A DNA stretch of 64,000 bases from the NCBI GenBank assembly GCA_001662655.1, contig KV460228.1. The stretch is one strand, 5' to 3'. Both the position numbers and the translations under genes were made by a program. The notes below the pieces were generated by a model, which ran no database searches, was not told the DNA's origin, and saw only the letters and a list, made by a program, of their open reading frames with translations. Shown piece after piece: positions 61,557-64,000 of this stretch; position 1 is the stretch's first letter, and the number at the start of each line of letters is the position of its first letter. Origin of the DNA: Pseudogymnoascus verrucosus (Eukaryota).

Positions 61557-64000
61557 CTAAAGCCAGCCTCCAACCTCCTCCTGCTCCCACTTCCCCCCAC
61601 CACTCTCTCCCAAGTCCAACCCCCCCAATCTCGGCGCCTCCTCCCCCTTCTTCACCTTCCGCGGGCTTCCACTCCTCGGCTCACTCCTCTTTCCAAATCG
61701 CACCTCGCTCACCTCCCATCCATCCGCCAGTGCTGCGCCTACCCACTCACGGAGCGCGACGTGCACACCGCCATAAAACTTCTCCTTGCATGTCCTCAGG
61801 CTGCCGCCCATACAGCGTTCCCACCCGCTTATCCTCAATTGCGCGCGCAGCTCCGTGCGCCGAGAAGGGGGGAGGCAAGAGATGATGCCATTGACGAGAA
61901 AGAGGTGCGAGGTGATGTAGTTTGTAGCCTCCCACTCCACGCCGCCGACGTATGGGGCGGTGGGGAGAGGTGGCAGGGGGGTGGGGAAGTGAGTGCGCAT
62001 GTATGCGAGCTCATCATCGCCTGCGGTTAGGGGCTGGGCTGAATCGTCTGGCGCAAGGACGACGTTGAGTGTGTGCAGGAAGATCCAGAAGACTTCCTTG
62101 GTGACGTTTACGACCTCTTTGCACCAGACGCGGTAGGGACGCTCTTGGTGCATTTCCAGCACGAACGGCACCGGTCGTTCTTCCTCGGAGGGCATTGGGT
62201 CGCGGAGGTGTTTTAGAAGGGTCTCTGCGCGCGCTTGGCGCTCGGGTAACGGCGCCGATTGGAGATACGTGAAGAGAAGGGAGCTGATAATCGTTCTTGT
62301 TAAAAACTCACTCGGTCCCTTCTTCTCCTCATCAAAAAGCATACCCAGCAGCGCGGGGAAGAGCGAGGCCTGGATAAGTGCCAGATGCGACAGTGCGAGG
62401 GCTGTGGTGCACAGTGCCTTGAGGCAGAGAAGTGACTCGTGAAGGAGTGCGTCCTCGTGCTCCTCTCGCCACTCAACAGCCATTATGCGGTGCAGTAAGG
62501 CGATAATTTCTGTCATCCCACCGAGGGTGATGAACTCGTCTGTCCATGCTACGGTTTCGTTGCGGAGGAGCAGGCGGAGTTTGTGCAGCTTGCCGACCTC
62601 GACAGACTCAGGCTTCTGCACTTTGCGAAGGTAGGCAACGAAGTCCGTGGCCAAGTGGCCCTTAGCTTTGGCAATGAGGTTGCTTGCCGCGCTGACGGTG
62701 GCGGAGAGGGATTTACCCTTATCGGCTGTGCTATCTGAGGATTTTGTACGGGTGTGTCTGTTAGATGTCTCAGGCTTTGTCTCAGCGACATTTGCTCCCT
62801 TCTTGCCGGATTTTGAGAGTGTGAATCCAGTGAATGTGCGGCTACGCGGGCGTTTGCTTTTTTGTGGCGAGGATTCAACTGTGTGTGACCCACTAGTTGT
62901 GCTCTCCATGCTGCCAGCTGTTGTTGGGGGCTCTTTTTGAGAGGCTGCGGTCTCGGCCCAGTCCTGCCTTATGAAATCGATTTTCATCGTGTTGGCCAAG
63001 CTGCGCATCTTGTACCTCTGGTTCTCGGGTATATTTCTTCGGTCCAGCATAGCTTCGAACTCAGCATCAACGTCTCTCATATCCAGGGATGCTTCTGCCC
63101 CGGAGTTGTCTTCCTTCGGCTTTGCCTTCAAGTCCTGCTTGGACGGCAGCTTCTGTTCGGACTTCAGCACAGGTGTGGGTGCCACAGGTTGCTTCTGGTA
63201 AAACTGCTCTGTTGGAGACTCAGCGGCGCGAGTCCCTTCAAAGCTTGCAGGCCCAGCCTTGCTAGCTGGCCTACTGATATCCTGCACGATATAGCTGGCT
63301 GGAATCGACATGGAGTTTGGGCGTGATCCATCGCGCTGGCCCAGTGTAGGCGGCAAGCCTTCCTCAGCAAAGAAAGCGTCGTGATCATCAGAATAGCGTT
63401 CGTTTCCTGTGGGCACGTTGGTATCATCCTCGAGGAACCGGCCACCGAACTGCTGAGTGGCGAAATGCTGGCTAGAAAACTGTGTGTAAATTGGAGGTCG
63501 GGTAGGCGACTCCGGCGGCCTCGAGTTATTTGGTGGCTGGTTCTCTTTGTCTTTAATTGACATGAACCCAGCATCCGCAGCTAGCTTTTGGCGACTTTTG
63601 GAGGACCGCGGTCGTGTTAGAAGGGCTGCCAGATTGGTCGATGACTTTGACTTCTTCGGCTTGCGTTCCTTCTCCTCCTTGTTCTTATTTTCGTTGTCCT
63701 TGCTGGATAGTGACTTGAGTGAGATGGTGCTCAATGTCTTCTTGTGCAGGTATCGGAAGCCTTCCTTGTCCTTGCTCCGCTCGGCATCTTTGGACTTCCT
63801 CGGAGACGGAGGCTGTTCTACAGGCTTTTGTTGATTTTGATTGATCTCCCCCAGAGCTCTAGAATGAAAATAATCGGGGGGAGACACTGTCGCAGAGTTT
63901 GGTTGGTCATATCCAGGGGTAGCAACGAATATATCCGTTGGAGATGTCGATAATGGAGCTCCTTTGGAAGCCGATCGCTTGTGCATGAACGACCGCAACG
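61557..64000 (-). CDS. Rho-GTPase-binding (Drf_GBD, formin N-terminal-like) domain protein; 5' end probably beyond the window
   Basis: DAEFEAMLDRRNIP, EVGKLHKLRLLLRNETVAWTDEF, EWREEHEDALLHE, EKKGPSEF; no FH1/FH2 region. Confidence 0.85.
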   Translation of the reverse strand, partial: LRSFMHKRSASKGAPLSTSPTDIFVATPGYDQPNSATVSPPDYFHSRALGEINQNQQKPVEQPPSPRKSKDAERSKDKEGFRYLHKKTLSTISLKSLSSKDNENKNKEEKERKPKKSKSSTNLAALLTRPRSSKSRQKLAADAGFMSIKDKENQPPNNSRPPESPTRPPIYTQFSSQHFATQQFGGRFLEDDTNVPTGNERYSDDHDAFFAEEGLPPTLGQRDGSRPNSMSIPASYIVQDISRPASKAGPASFEGTRAAESPTEQFYQKQPVAPTPVLKSEQKLPSKQDLKAKPKEDNSGAEASLDMRDVDAEFEAMLDRRNIPENQRYKMRSLANTMKIDFIRQDWAETAASQKEPPTTAGSMESTTSGSHTVESSPQKSKRPRSRTFTGFTLSKSGKKGANVAETKPETSNRHTRTKSSDSTADKGKSLSATVSAASNLIAKAKGHLATDFVAYLRKVQKPESVEVGKLHKLRLLLRNETVAWTDEFITLGGMTEIIALLHRIMAVEWREEHEDALLHESLLCLKALCTTALALSHLALIQASLFPALLGMLFDEEKKGPSEFLTRTIISSLLFTYLQSAPLPERQARAETLLKHLRDPMPSEEERPVPFVLEMHQERPYRVWCKEVVNVTKEVFWIFLHTLNVVLAPDDSAQPLTAGDDELAYMRTHFPTPLPPLPTAPYVGGVEWEATNYITSHLFLVNGIISCLPPSRRTELRAQLRISGWERCMGGSLRTCKEKFYGGVHVALREWVGAALADGWEVSEVRFGKRSEPRSGSPRKVKKGEEAPRLGGLDLGESGGGKWEQEEVGGWL

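Overview
Gene-dense, intron-containing DNA from a filamentous ascomycete (GT-AG introns with CTAAC/CTGAC branch sites; a Leotiomycete-like origin is my impression, not a tested result). About 27 protein genes and one intron-containing tRNA-Met. 1-24 kb: housekeeping block (urease, PA/RING ligase, NGG1/ADA3, Maf-like, bHLH, enone reductase, mitochondrial ThrRS, CMC1-like, UTP11, LYS1, THG1, TMA23-like). 24.9-40.7 kb: accessory-looking block (repeat-rich orphan, GT-like protein, agmatinase, beta-lactamase-like hydrolase, GH43, FAD oxidase). Then het-c, tRNA-Met and an HMG-box gene with a long structured intron. After degenerate repeats and an AT-rich relic comes a compact four-gene cluster at 52.6-61.1 kb: Zn2Cys6 regulator, sugar/polyol transporter, xylitol/sorbitol-type dehydrogenase and FGGY pentulose kinase. 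I read it as a candidate ribitol (pentitol) utilisation cluster, the most interesting item here. A GBD (formin-related) gene runs off the right end. All calls are by eye from translations; no searches were run.
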